Positions 38,220-50,460 of a DNA stretch of 64,000 nt are shown here, piece by piece. The DNA comes from Felis catus (Eukaryota). A model generated the notes under the pieces. That model ran no database searches. It had not been told where the DNA came from and was given only the letters and a program-made list of their open reading frames with translations. The translations under genes and the position numbers were made by a program. Positions within the stretch are counted from its first letter, which is position 1, and every line of letters begins with the position of its first letter. The stretch spans positions 188,172,001 to 188,236,000 of the forward strand of contig NC_058368.1 in assembly GCF_018350175.1 (NCBI RefSeq), written 5' to 3'.

Positions 38220-39100
38220 GGATTTTAGGCAAGTTGCAAGGGATAGGAATCCAACTCAAACTGGATTAAGTAAAAGAAAGAAAGAAAGAAAGAAAGAAAG
38301 AAAAGAAGGAAATATATTAAGTTACTGCTGAGAATCCAGGAGCCCTGGGTTCAGACATGGCTGGATCCAGGGGCTCCACACTGTCCTAGGGCTGGTGTAT
38401 CCCTCCCCGTTCTCCTCTTTGGTCAATACTGCTAGAGGCAGCAAAGTAAAATGGTTGAGAGCATGGGCTCAGGAGCCAGGTTGCCCCGCTTAATAGCTTT
38501 TTAAACCTTGAGTGATTTAAGCCCTCAGTGTCAGTTTCCTCATCTGTAAAATAAGGATAATAATAGCAATAATAATTGCAATCATGATAATAACAATCAT
38601 AAGTATAAGGTCTGTAAAGATTAAATGAGTTAATACATGTAAAGTATTTAGCACAGATGGTGGCATATGGGTAGTGCTTGATAAATATTGTCACCACCTT
38701 CACTACCACCACCATTGCCACCACCATCATCACTTGTCTTGATTGACTGCATTTTGCAGATAAGATCTCACCAATGGCATAATGGTTACCAGCAGCCACA
38801 CACCTACATCCTCCCAGGTTAGCATCCTCAAAGGAAAGAGGATTTCTCTTTTTCTGTGTTCAAATACCAATCCCAGAGACTCTAATTGGCCTGGCCTGGT
38901 TCCATGCCCAGACATGAGCCAGTCTCTGTGGTCCAGGAAGTCGGGAGCACATGGACTGGCCAGTCTGGGTCACAGATAATTTCTATGGTGAGACTGGGAC
39001 ACCCTCACTGACAGTCTCACCAGGACCTCCAAAAAGGAAAGAAGAGTTCTCCTGGGGGTGGGGGGAAGACTGGGAATAGCCAATCAAGAAACTATTGCTA
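38220..39100 (-). mobile_element. Old MLT1 (K/L-like) LTR interrupted by a MIR
   Basis: gttgcaagggataggaatccaactcaaactgg...catggctggatccagg; resumes attggcctggcctgg...ccagtctctgtggtccagg. Confidence 0.65.
38435..38690 (+). mobile_element. MIR
   Basis: tggttgagagcatgggctc...tcagtttcctcatctgtaaaat...attaaatgagttaatacatgtaaagtatttagcacag. Confidence 0.85.
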
Positions 39101-40334
39101 CCAAAGAAGGCCTCTCTTAAATTGAGTCTTTAAACCTCTTGCCATCACAGAAACAAGTGACTGAATCCTTAGAGCATAATCTCAACTTGGTTCCAAAGGC
39201 CCATAATTTGCAGCAGAGAATTCTATCCCAAGATCCTATCCCAAGGTGGATTATGAAATGCAGGCTGGGGTTAAATGGACAGACATGTGAAATACTATCC
39301 ACCCCCACCAGTAGGGAGATGGGCACATGGCATCTAGATACCTGGAATGGACACAGGCACTTGTTTTTCAGAAGGTGTTACAGGTTGGAGGGAGGGAAGC
39401 CAGTTAGCAAGCCCCTGCTACCATCCAGACAAGAGATTTCGGTGACCTGAGCCAAAGGAACTGAGGAGATATGAAAAGAGAGTTGGTAAACTCAACAGGA
39501 CTTAGGAGTGGCAATGAGAAGAGAGAGGAGTCAAGATGGTGTCCATAGTTTCCTCTTTGGTCAAGTGGGTGGATGGGCATCATGCAGTGAGATGGAAATA
39601 CATGAGGAAGAACAGACTGGGGACAGTGGAAGATGGAGGAGAGATGAAACCACCAAGGTCATCCACCACCATGTGGTAGCTCATGTCCTTTTTCCAAGTG
39701 ACCCTGGTGGCAGCTCCGCTCAAAGAATGTTAAATGGATCCTGGCAGTTTCTATGTGGAAGACTGAAAACAACTGTTTGGTAAGCAGAACACGCTTGCTC
39801 TGGCTTTAAGACCACTGAGCATTTTTTAAAGTGCATTTGCATGCTGGTGAGTCAGTAACAAAGACCCCGGGCCTCACAATGCATTTGCAATATTTCTCAA
39901 CTCAGGAGAAAACCTGAACAGTGTTTTACTGATCAACATGATTGGCTCAAACAACCAATTTGTCATGGAGTAATCTGTGTAAATTACCGTAGCAAGAATA
40001 TTTTCTACCATCTGCATGGTTTAGTGGAGAGTATTTTCCTCTATTATTTAATCCCTTGGGCTTCAGGGAATTGCTTTACAGTGATCCAATACAGCGGAAG
40101 TCAGGTTTATTTACAAGACTCATTAGAAACGATACCGCCTTGCTTTCTCCTGGCTCGGAGGGTAAAATAGTAGGTGAAAGAAGCAAGTTTGGAGATGCTT
40201 GAAAAGATTGGAGGACAAGGGAGCCCACATATAGTATTGGGATAATTCACATTCCCATGGTCTTTTAAGATTCATGTGCTAATTTTAAAGACAGGTGTGA
40301 AAAAAGAAAGACCCAAAAACATATTCTAAGTGTG

Positions 40335-40498
40335 TAGGTCTTAACTCCACAGGTCTCAGGCCCTTTTGGGAATCTTATAAAGCTTATAAAACTTACCCCT
40401 AGAAGAATCCACATGCATATGCACATATGTCATATATAGCATAGCAAGGATTCATGGGTTCTGAAGTCCATGTTTGGACTCTAAGTTACGGACACCAC
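40335..40498 (+). mobile_element. MER117-like hAT-Charlie
   Basis: cccttttgggaatcttataaagc...cacatgcatatgcac...ggattcatgggttctgaagtccatg. Confidence 0.6.
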
Positions 40499-40944
40499 CT
40501 ACTGTGAATTTTCATGGCCTTTCATCTGCATTGTTCTCTATTTTAATTTTTGGGAATGAAGACAAGGAAAAATGTGTTTCTACTTGGTGTGTGCATAATG
40601 TGCACTTCCTGATTGTCTAAAGATTGGTATGCAAGAGCCTAAAATACCACAACACAACTGAGAACCCAGAAGGAAGCAAGATATGAGGTGGCAGGAAAGC
40701 TCAAGCACTTTACTCAGAGGGAGCACGAAAGCTGAAGCACTTTACTCAGAGGCAGTCACTCCGGTGCCCTCTAGGAACCCACTGACCCTTGTTTTCCCCC
40801 AAATTCTAAGAAGCTCAGCAATCTGTTTTCCTAGGCTCCAACAAATTGGAAATGGAAGATGGGCTGCCACAGATAGGCACGATGATCAACCTCGAGAACT
40901 CAGTCACTGAAAGCCTGACAGCAAGGCAACAGGGAGGAAAGTTC

Positions 40945-41770
40945 CTCAATACATTTATCAAGGGCTTAATTTAAGCCTGGATTTGAGCTAAGCACTATGG
41001 ATAAAGATGAATAGTTTCACAATTTGATTTAGGAAGTGGGGATTGGTGAGAAAGGAACAAATAATCACAATGCAACATGGTAAATGTTTCAGTAAAGATA
41101 TGTGCAAAGTGCTAGTTTGATATGTGCGAATTGCTAGGAGGAAAATATCATGCTCTACCTCTAGAGCTGAAGGAGACTTTAGAGTGAAGGGAACATCTGA
41201 GCTGGATCTGAGTAAAAGCTAACCAGGCACTTATAGGAATGAATAAATTTCAGGCCAAGACATGGAGTTATGTATTTATGGGAGTTAATGGGCAGGTGAA
41301 TAGATAAGTGTACATGGGTGAATGTGTGTGGACAGGTGTTGATAGACAGTGTAGAGGGGCAGAGGTGACTGAGCAGATGTGAAGGGGCAGGTGTGAATAA
41401 GCAGGTGTGATTGGGCTGGAGTAGGTGGGTAAGAGTGGATGGGCGGGAGTGAATTGGTATCAGGAATGGAAGAAGCCTCGATCACGAAGAAGATCGGTGT
41501 CCCTCTATAGCAGTCATTGAATGTCATGACGAGGGGTATGGACTCTTCTCAACAGGCACTGAGGAACCAAATAGAGGGTTTTCTCACAAAGTAGGAGCTT
41601 GAAGGAATCAGATTTGTTTAAGAAAGATACCTCCAACAGCAATTTGGAGGATGGACTACAGCTTGTATTGACTGGACTGGCAAAGTGAGCAATTGAGAAA
41701 CTGTTACTTGATCAGGAAACTAATAGTTTGATTGAAAGTTGCTGAGGACCTGAACCTAGGCAGTGTTGGC
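40945..41770 (-). mobile_element. L2 fragments
   Basis: caatacatttatcaaggg...ctaagcactatggata...acatctgagctggatctg...ggacctgaacctaggcagtg. Confidence 0.55.
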
Positions 41771-42017
41771 AAAGATTCATAGAGGGCATGTGTGTGCACA
41801 CACCTGCACACCCAGATGGATGTGCATATGCACAAGAAGGAAATAGAAGGAAAGAGAAAGAAAGACATTGTATGTGTGAATGTTGTATATATGTGTGTGT
41901 TGGCTGAAGTATTTTTATGAACTAAGATTTTGAGGCCTCAGTGACGTGTTGAGAAAGAGGAAGCAAGCAGGGACATGATAACTCATGATTCCATTGTATG
42001 CATACACACAATGTTTA

Positions 42018-42075
42018 CATGTTTTTATTTAGAGAGAGAGAGAGAGAGAAAGTGCAAGTGGGGGTGGGCAGAGGG

Positions 42076-42121
<46 letters not shown>

Positions 42122-42247
42122 CCCAAGCAGGCTCTGGGCTGTCAGCAACAGAACCCAACACGGGGTTCAATCTCACAACGGTGAGATCATGACCTGAACT
42201 GAAATCAAGACTCAGACACTCAACCGAATGCATCACCTAGGTGCCCC
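42018..42247 (-). mobile_element. CanSINE
   Basis: Long (GA)n and reversed head. Confidence 0.93.
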
Positions 42248-42359
42248 ATAAGTACAATATTTATATCTTACCCCTAGCTCACAAATTCAGATCATCGTCA
42301 GTTCAGAATATATGGTTGAGTGGGGCAATCTCAAGTTTGCCTTTGAAATACCAGAGAAA

Positions 42360-42550
42360 AGTATGGTTACCATATGCCAAATCATTGACTTCCCATATCA
42401 GAATCTCCTAAAATCCTTATTAAAATAAAGATTCTTAGAACTTTACCCCAGACCTACGAAATCACTCTGGGTGGGAACCCAGGGAATCCATAGTTTTAAC
42501 CAGCTGGTCAGATAACTCTGCTAGGAAGCTGTGATCAAGAACCACCACTT
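42360..42550. mobile_element. MER5-like hAT-Charlie
   Basis: atcagaatctcc...ccccagacctacgaaatca...gggaatccatagttttaacca. Confidence 0.65.
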
Positions 42551-43403
42551 TAAACAACTCAACTATCAGTCAACTTGGAGAAGGATGTATAAATGCTCAG
42601 AAAAGGAAACCATTCAAACAATGCATATGCCACTTGTATTTTGTTTTTATGAAGAGATATAAGGCTCTTCATTTGCTTCCCCTTTGCGGGGGAGATCATC
42701 TGAGAGTAGCTGCATATGCTTAAGAATAATTCATGGCATTTCTTTAAGCATATTCCTTAATTAAGTCTCTTCAGTAATTTACCCTCAGCCTAGTGCTTTG
42801 ATAAATACCAATGAGTAACAGGCCAAACTGAAGTTAAGCAGCCTGCATAAAATCATCAGCCATGGGCCCCCTTTCCTTCTCTCTTTACCTCCCACCCTAG
42901 GTGAGCTCATCCAGTCCCGTTGCTTGAATACCATCTATATGCCGATGACTCACAAATTTTTATCTTCAGCCCGGGCCTCTCGTCTGCACTTCAGGGTCAT
43001 ATATCCAATGGTGTCCCTGTCATCTCCACTTGGAGTCTCACAAGAATATCAATTTTAAGGAGGATAAAAAGTGCTGACCTCTTAAATCATTCCACCCAGG
43101 CTTCTCTCCCAACCTCAGCAAATGGTATCATCCTTTCCCTAGTCCCTCTAGCCAAAATGCTGGGTGGGATCATTCTTGACCTTTCTCCTCTGTCTCCTCT
43201 GCCACTTAATTTATTTCTAAACTGTGTCAATTTTACCTCCCAAATGTATTCCAAATCTGCCCATGACTCCCCACCTCCACTTATGTGACCTTGATCCAAG
43301 CTGCCACAGTCTCTTGCTTTATCGAATCAAGACAGGGATGGTTTCCTCTTCAAGCCCCTCTGATCAGCAGGGCCAGAAGTTTCTTTAAAAAGTACATCAC
43401 ATC

Positions 43404-43622
43404 GGGGTGCCTGGGTGGCTCAGTCGGTTGAGCGTCCGACTTCAGCTCAAGTCATGATCTCGCTGTCCATGAGTTCGAGCCCCGCGTCGGGCTCTGTGTT
43501 GACAGCTTAGAGCCTGGAGCCTGCTTCGGATTCTGTGTCTCCCTCTCTCTCTGACCCTCCCCCATTCATGCTCTGTCTCTCTCTGTCTCAAACATAAATA
43601 AACATTAAAAAAAATTAAAAAA
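43404..43622 (+). mobile_element. SINEC_Fc-like CanSINE
   Basis: TSD aaaaagtacatcaca at 43387 and 43623. Confidence 0.97.
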
Positions 43623-43945
43623 AAAAAGTACATCACACCCTTGCTTAAAACCCTCTGAGGGCTTTCTGGGGCACTTAGATCCACATTCAAATCCCTTTTC
43701 AGGGTCTGAATGGTAAGGTTCAGAATGAAAGGGCCCTCTCTCCACTTGCAACTCATCCAGGCCCTGTGTTTCCATCACCACTATAGTCAAACAAACAGAC
43801 CTTCCTCCAGGTCCTTGAACACACCCAACTCCTCTCTACTGTGGGACCACCCTTCTTCCTCCTGTATGGAACTCCTTACCCTGCTAACTTCTCCAGGTCT
43901 GAGCTAAATCTCATCTTCTCGAGAGGCCTGCCCTGGCCATCTAAA

Positions 43946-44167
43946 CCAGAGCTGGCACACATTTTCCATAAGATGCCAGATGATACATATTTTAGGTTGT
44001 GCAGGACATAAGGTCTCTGTCACAACTACTCAGCTCTGCTTTTGAAGCAAAAGCATCGGCAGACAAAATGCAAATGAATAGGTGTGGCTGCGTTCCAATA
44101 AAACTCTATTCATGACAATAAGCATCAGTCAAATTTGGCCCCTCAGCTGGGGTTTGCCGATCCTTGG
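43946..44167 (-). mobile_element. MER58A
   Basis: gtctctgtcacaactactcagctctgc...ggctgcgttccaataaaact...gtttgccgatcc. Confidence 0.85.
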
Positions 44168-47100
44168 CCTCGTCCAAAGTAAGACTTCTCTGTTATTCCT
44201 TCTCAGAGTTTCTCCTAATTCCTAATTATATGCCTACTCTCTCTCTCTCCCAGTAGTCTGGTAGCTCCAGAAGGGCAGGGAACACGGACCCTTACATACT
44301 TGCCATAAAATATACAGTGCCTGGGAGCATGCTTGCTGCAAGGAGCTCTCCAGAAAATTGGCTGGATAAAGGAAAGAAGGGAGAGATGAGGAAAGAAAGG
44401 GAGTATTTCTCTCTGAAGCCCAGCCACTGTTTGTAAAAAGGCAGCAGCCATGACCAGCCCATACTTTTTAATTCCTTCTCTTTGTCAGCAGAGTTCCAGG
44501 GTGAAACACTTATTCATTAATTGCTTTGTTCATTCCTTCCTTCCTTCAGCGATGCAGTGTTTATGAAAGTCTGGGCAGGCAGGCTGAGGGCTCTTCCCAG
44601 ATCTCTACCCTGGGGAGGCCTTCTTTAAGGGCTTTTCTGCCCAAGGCTGGTGGAAGATTCTAGCTTTGTGAAGTGTCATTGAGAGGTGCCAGCAATTAGC
44701 AAAGAAGGCCAGCAGAGGTTCCTCTCAGGCTGTGGGGAGCCCTGCCCTCTCCTTCCTAACTCATTACTGTGAAACTGCCCTCAACATAATTCTGCACGAT
44801 TTCTCCACTGTGACAGATGAAAAGGGGATAATTGGGTACCCCCAAAGTTTAGCAGCACCATTCCTTTGAGGAGAGCTGCCACCCTGTGGATGTACACCCC
44901 ACTCCTTCCTCTCCCCAGGCCCCTCTCACCTCTCTGCTTCTAGACTGGCTGGAGCACCAGTGAGGAGGCTGAGTGCTGGGCAGTCATTAAAGACAGTCAA
45001 CTAAAGAGCTCTTCACCGGGCAGGATTATGTCTAATAGACAGCAAGAGTATTCCTGCCGGCTCCGCTAAGTTTCATCAAAACTGTGCCTAATTAAAATCT
45101 TCAATTTAATTATGCTCTTCTGCATTACAAATTTTGATCAAATTGGTTTAATTTGGTGCAAGGAAAGAAAGATGTGCCTTTCACACGCACAGTAAACCCA
45201 TCCTGAGCGAGGCTCTGTGTCCAGAAGTTCCTCGGGATCCTCTTGTATAATCTGCATTGCCCCCACCTTCATCCCCAGGTTTGCTAAATCTCCAGAGGCT
45301 CAGAGAACCAGCAGTTGTCGCTCTGCCCACATCTGCAAGAACTGTCCTGAAGCCACACTGAAGCTGAAGGCTGCCTTCCCCCACTTCCAGCTTCCCTTTC
45401 CTCCTCTGCTTTTGAAACACCCCCATCTCAGGGAAGATCGCACCCAATCTGTTAGTGAAATATGCCGTGGGACGGAAGCTCCAGCAATCTGTTTCCAGTC
45501 TGGAGAGAAATCTCAGCCTGTTAGTGGCCCTGCAGAGAACCTTCTAGAGTCCTTGGTTCACATAGCCCCAAAGCAAACAGCGCCCTGAAGGCCTAGCCCC
45601 GGTCATTCTCCCTCCCCTTCCACTTATGGTCAATAACAGTGCCAAGACCCAGGATCCCAACACTTCATTCTCCCTTCTGGCATCCCTCACTCTGTCCAGT
45701 AAGGCCCCAAAACGTGATGCAACTCAGGCAATCCCCTCACCTACGTACCCTTTCAGCAACCAGACCTTTCCTGATGGCCTCACCCTCATCAAAACTTCCC
45801 TGTCTGGGGTTCCACTCACTCCCATGCTTGCCCTGCTAATTGGCTAGCCAATCTCATGATCTGATCCCTGCCAAAGAGGGGGAAAAACACAAAAGCAAAA
45901 ACAAACACTTGGCTCCTTGCTGAATGCCTTGCTTTTCAAGCTGAAGTGTGAACTCCCTCTTATGCCTGGGATAATTTGTCCTATGTGAAGCCACAGGCTA
46001 AATGCCACCTGTCATCCATCACAGTCAGTTTTACTCAAAAGTAATTTAAAATATTATTTGTGTATTGTGGAGTGGAATGGAAAATTCACAGGATGTTTTA
46101 ATATAGAACAGGAAAATTCAAAGGTAAGCCCCCGGGGCTTTAGCCCCAGACCTCTTGGGTCTCAGTCAGTTTTCTCCAATTTGGGCAAAGAAGTCCAAGG
46201 AGGCCTGGCGATGTGTTACTCACCCTGGTAAATGTGTGCCCCTTCCTTGGATGTCTGGCACCAAAAGACTTCTGCTGAAAGTATGGCCATCTCTTCTGGG
46301 AAGGATGCCTCTATCCACTTCTGCCTTGTCCTCCCTCCTCAACTCCATTCCCAAACTGCCAGCTGCTTGATTGGACATTTTCACTTGTGTGGCCTACTAT
46401 GGCCTTGAAATTAACTTGTCTGCAACTTAAACTTACTGTGTCTCACCATCACCATCATACCTGCTCTCCCGTCATCCTCCAGCCTCTCCGAATGGTGCTC
46501 CGGTTGCCCCAGGCACCGAGGTTAAAAACACAGGAGACCTCCTCACCATCATCCATGAATTAAACAAACAAACAAATAAATAAGAGTTGCTTTCAGTGTT
46601 GTTATTTTAAAACTCTCACATAAGTCTTGTTTTTTACTGGGTAATTGACTAGATGCTAGCATTTTTGGTTTTTTGTTTTTTTCTTTTAAACAAATATGCC
46701 TTTGGTTCCTGATTCTGTTTGAGCATGCACTCTATAACGGTTTAAAACTAGATGTTTCAACCCAATTTAATAGTCTTTTATCCCTTCAGCAAGACCATTG
46801 CTAAGTGCTGTCAGCACATGGTTTGGACTTAGCAAATGTTAGGCATGTGTAGAATCAATAATAAATAAAAATATAGCAGAACACGGTAAAAGATGTCAGG
46901 GATGATGTACAATTAATGGCCAAGTAAAGACAGGGCTGCAAGCGGTCAGGAGAAAGCAATCTGTGTGTGCAGAGACAAACAGGCCGGGGAGACTTGGGGA
47001 AGTGCCCAGGAGACTTTGAGGACGGCTTCTAGACAGGCGAACCAGCTTCCCCAGGGCTCATGAGTTGTGTTTCTTTGGCTATATGCTGCAGGCTTGAGGG

Positions 47101-47244
47101 CAGAGTCCAATGGAAGAAGAGGAGTCGGGTGCTGGGGTGATGGTTGGTGTGTCATGAACCCAGGAGTCCTGAAATAAAAAGTACAAGAGGCACCACGGAG
47201 GAGGCACCCAAGTATTTATGGGGCGAATTAATGGAAATTATAAT

Positions 47245-47470
47245 AATATGATCATGGTTAAGACATTTATCGAGAGCTTGCTCTGTGCTGGGCAGCATGC
47301 TAGGTGCTGTACAGGCGGTCCTTATTTAATCCCTGCCATCTTCCTGAAAGGGACCTTTTATTTTTCCCACTCGATGAATGGGGAGCCGGAGTTCAGAAAG
47401 GCTGAGTAGCTCAAGCATGCTTGCATAGTGAGGGTGTGGCTGAGTGAGGGTCTAAAGCCAGGCTGAGTGT
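47245..47470 (-). mobile_element. MIR
   Basis: acatttatcgagagcttgctctgtgctgggc...atttaatcc...gatgaatgggagccggagttcagaaagg. Confidence 0.7.
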
Positions 47471-48444
47471 TTCAGCCTCCTATCATTCTTCCTCCTCCTT
47501 TAATGTCTGGATTACTATTAAATTTCTCTCTCTCTCCCTCTCTCTCTCTCTCTTTTTTTTTCCTCTGAGAATGTTCCAGACCCACACTCAGTAAACTCTT
47601 TGAAAATAGAAGCAGAGTTTCAGAGCTCTTGGAATTCTCCTCTAGGCCTCACCCGGTGCCTTCTGTGTAGTAAATAATAAATCTGATTGGTTTATTGATA
47701 GAAACATTTGTCAATGGATCAATGTTGAGAAAATCAGGCCCTGTAGTAGAGAGGAGAAAACTTTCTGGAAAGGGCTGTTTAGCGCTTCATCTGGTGAAGC
47801 CAGTGTAGTGTCAATGGGCCGTATGTAACCGTCTTTCCTGGTACAGACCGCTAGTGTGGTGCTGCTTCCGCAGCCTGGAACTCTCTTTTCTTGCCTTCTT
47901 TCTTCTTGTTTTGTTCCCTCCTGTCCTATAGGTCTCAGCATAGATGCCTCTTTCTCCAGGAAGCCTTCCCCATTTGCCCCTAAATTTGGGTTAGAGGTTC
48001 CTTCCCACAGAGGCCCACACTTCTGTCATCACAGCACTTTTCCAGTGTATTGTAATTGTTCACCCTTCAGCCTTCCCCAAGGAAATCATAAGCTTGTTGA
48101 GAACAAGGTTGTCCTCAGCACCCAGCAATATATATGTACATATATTTGTTTTATGTGTGTGTGTGTGTTATATTTATCTTATATATACATGTTGAATACA
48201 ATATACATTGGTTGAATATATCATTGTTGAACAGGTGCGATATGAGCTCTCCTACCTCACCCCACAACAATGTCAACACTCCCCAAGTTTTCAATGAGCA
48301 GTGAGGAGCAGTGAACACAGATCCCCCTCCCTCTCCCTTTCACCTAAGCCAGGACTGGTATTTTCTCAAGATGTAGTAAAGGAGAAAGTGTAGTAAAAGA
48401 GAAGTTGGAAGGAGCGAGCGAGGTTACTTACCTCATCTATGGGT

Positions 48445-48635
48445 TAGCCCTAGCTAGCCAGGCTTTGTGACTTTGGGAAGTTCTGTATTGTCTCAAAATT
48501 TATGTGAGGAAGTAATGAGCCACTCTTCCTCCCTCCTGGGATTACTGTAAACATTCATTAAGTTGGAAAACAGTTAGGGCAGTACCTGGCACATAGTATC
48601 TGCTCAGTAAGTGTTGGATGCTGTTATTATTATTT
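48445..48635 (+). mobile_element. MIR
   Basis: tgtgactttgggaagtt...cagtacctggcacatagtatctgctcagtaagtgtt. Confidence 0.7.
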
Positions 48636-49639
48636 TATTAGCATCATCTGGTATTGGACTGTGATATTTTCCTCTGCTCACATAGAGTAGTTTTGCCAGA
48701 ACACTTTAATAACGTTGGTATATTATTATGCACTTAATATATACAATATTGCAAGTAATATATACAATTAATTTAATGTAAGGAGATGCAGAGGTCTTGG
48801 AAGCAAAGTCAGACTGATGGGCAAACCTCAGCCTGGTCTGACCGACCAGGAGTGTGGCATGAAGCAGCCAGGCTTTGCTAAGACCAAAGGATCCCTCGAA
48901 AGCCTCAGATCTCTGGCTCAGCAACAGTCTCACTGCTTAGCATCTTTCTAATTCAGTCCACACGGTCGAAAATTAAAGCAAGTTGACAAAACCCATAAAA
49001 CGTAAATACTGATGAAATGTTCTCAAATTTTCCTCAGCCATAAAGCTGTTTATGATAGAGGATAGTGAGTTTGACTCTAGTTTGTTAAGCTGTGAGCTGC
49101 AGCATGAAAAATGCAGGCTGTACATTCAAGAGGAAAGTTTGGCGTCATGATCAAATAAACTGAGAACAAAGCAAATCTGACATATTTAATGATAAGTCTT
49201 CTTATTGTGCTGCATAGTAACTAGACAAAATGAGAAGTTCACATAATGGCTGTAATTCTTTGTTTATATTATCTTCATATTGTCAAAGCAAACTTTTATG
49301 GATTTTCTCTATTTTGTTAGTTTTCTGCATTTAGAAAAAAGCCTCTGTGTTGACTAATTTCTCTGGTACAACTTAAGAAATGGACTCCTCATTGCACAAA
49401 GGCATAGTTAGACACAAGCATGCATAGAAGTTGGAAGACAGAGACCCGGGATTGGAGTTCCTGTGGGCTGAGCTCCTGTACCTATTGGTGCTCCTTCTCT
49501 GTCCCAGGGCTTTAGCTCCTGGGACTACCTGTTTCCTGGCCTGCGACATCCGAGCCTCCCCTGCACTGCTCTTTCTCCCCTGAGGTAAGAGGTTCTGGGT
49601 GAGAAGATCCATCCACTCCCTTTCCACGGAAGGACCTTT

Positions 49640-50040
49640 AACTTCATTTGGTGATACTGGCTGCTGTAACAAGTAGATCCACAGTTGTATAAGGGCTCAA
49701 ACATAATAGAAACTTATTTCTACCCATCTAACAACCCAAGGCATGTGTCCCTGGTTGGCATGACACTTTCCTCTGTCCAGTGATTTGAAGACCCAGGGCT
49801 CCTTCTATCTTGTGTCTCCACTGTTCCCTAGAGCCTTATCTTCATTGTCCACATTCGGCTGGTAAAAGGAGAGAATGCAGATGAGATCTCTCTACTTCTT
49901 AAAAACCTTGACCTTGAAGGTTGTACCCGTCAGAACTTGGCCACACAGGCACACACCCAACTTCAAAGGGAGCCCGGAATGAGGACAAGCTCTGTGCTCA
50001 GATAGAAGAAACAGGTTTTGATGTACAGCTTGAAACTTCT
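49640..50040 (-). mobile_element. MLT1J-like LTR
   Basis: ctggctgctgtaacaa...ggctcaaacataatagaaacttatttct...ccttctatcttgtg...caacttcaaagggagc. Confidence 0.7.
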
Positions 50041-50169
50041 GCCCTTTCTGAAATCAGAGTGGAAATGAGGAAGTAGAGGCAGCAAACCAGACCTAGAACA
50101 GGGGATGGGGGAGGAGCAAAACTGGGTGAGGGAAAACAAAACAAAATAAAACAAGGAGCTATAAATTTC

Positions 50170-50460
50170 ATTACTCAGACAATTGGGAAAATATGAATTT
50201 AATCTGCATGATGGTATTCTGTTAATGCTAAATTTCCAAAGTGTGATAATTATGTTGTGGTTATAGAGGAGAATGACCTTATTCTTAGATGCCAGTCGCT
50301 GAAATACTCGGCAGCGAAGTGTCACGATGGCTTCAACTTACTCTCAAATCCTCCCCCAAGTACACATATACTCACACATACACATATAGACAGAGAGAGA
50401 AAGCAAATGTGCGAAATGTTAACAGTCAGTGAATCTGAGTGAAGTCTGCACAAGGAACAA
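50170..50460 (+). mobile_element. L1ME-like 3' fragment
   Basis: gacaattgggaaaatatgaat...aagcaaatgtgcgaaatgttaacagtcagtgaatctg. Confidence 0.7.

Larger units (their letters stand above)
42865..44370 (+). mobile_element. L2 LINE remnant with RT motif, interrupted by a SINE and MER58A
   Basis: Translation YHLYADDSQIFIFSPGLS...ISTW at 42929; L2-type 3' end near 44300-44370. Confidence 0.85.
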
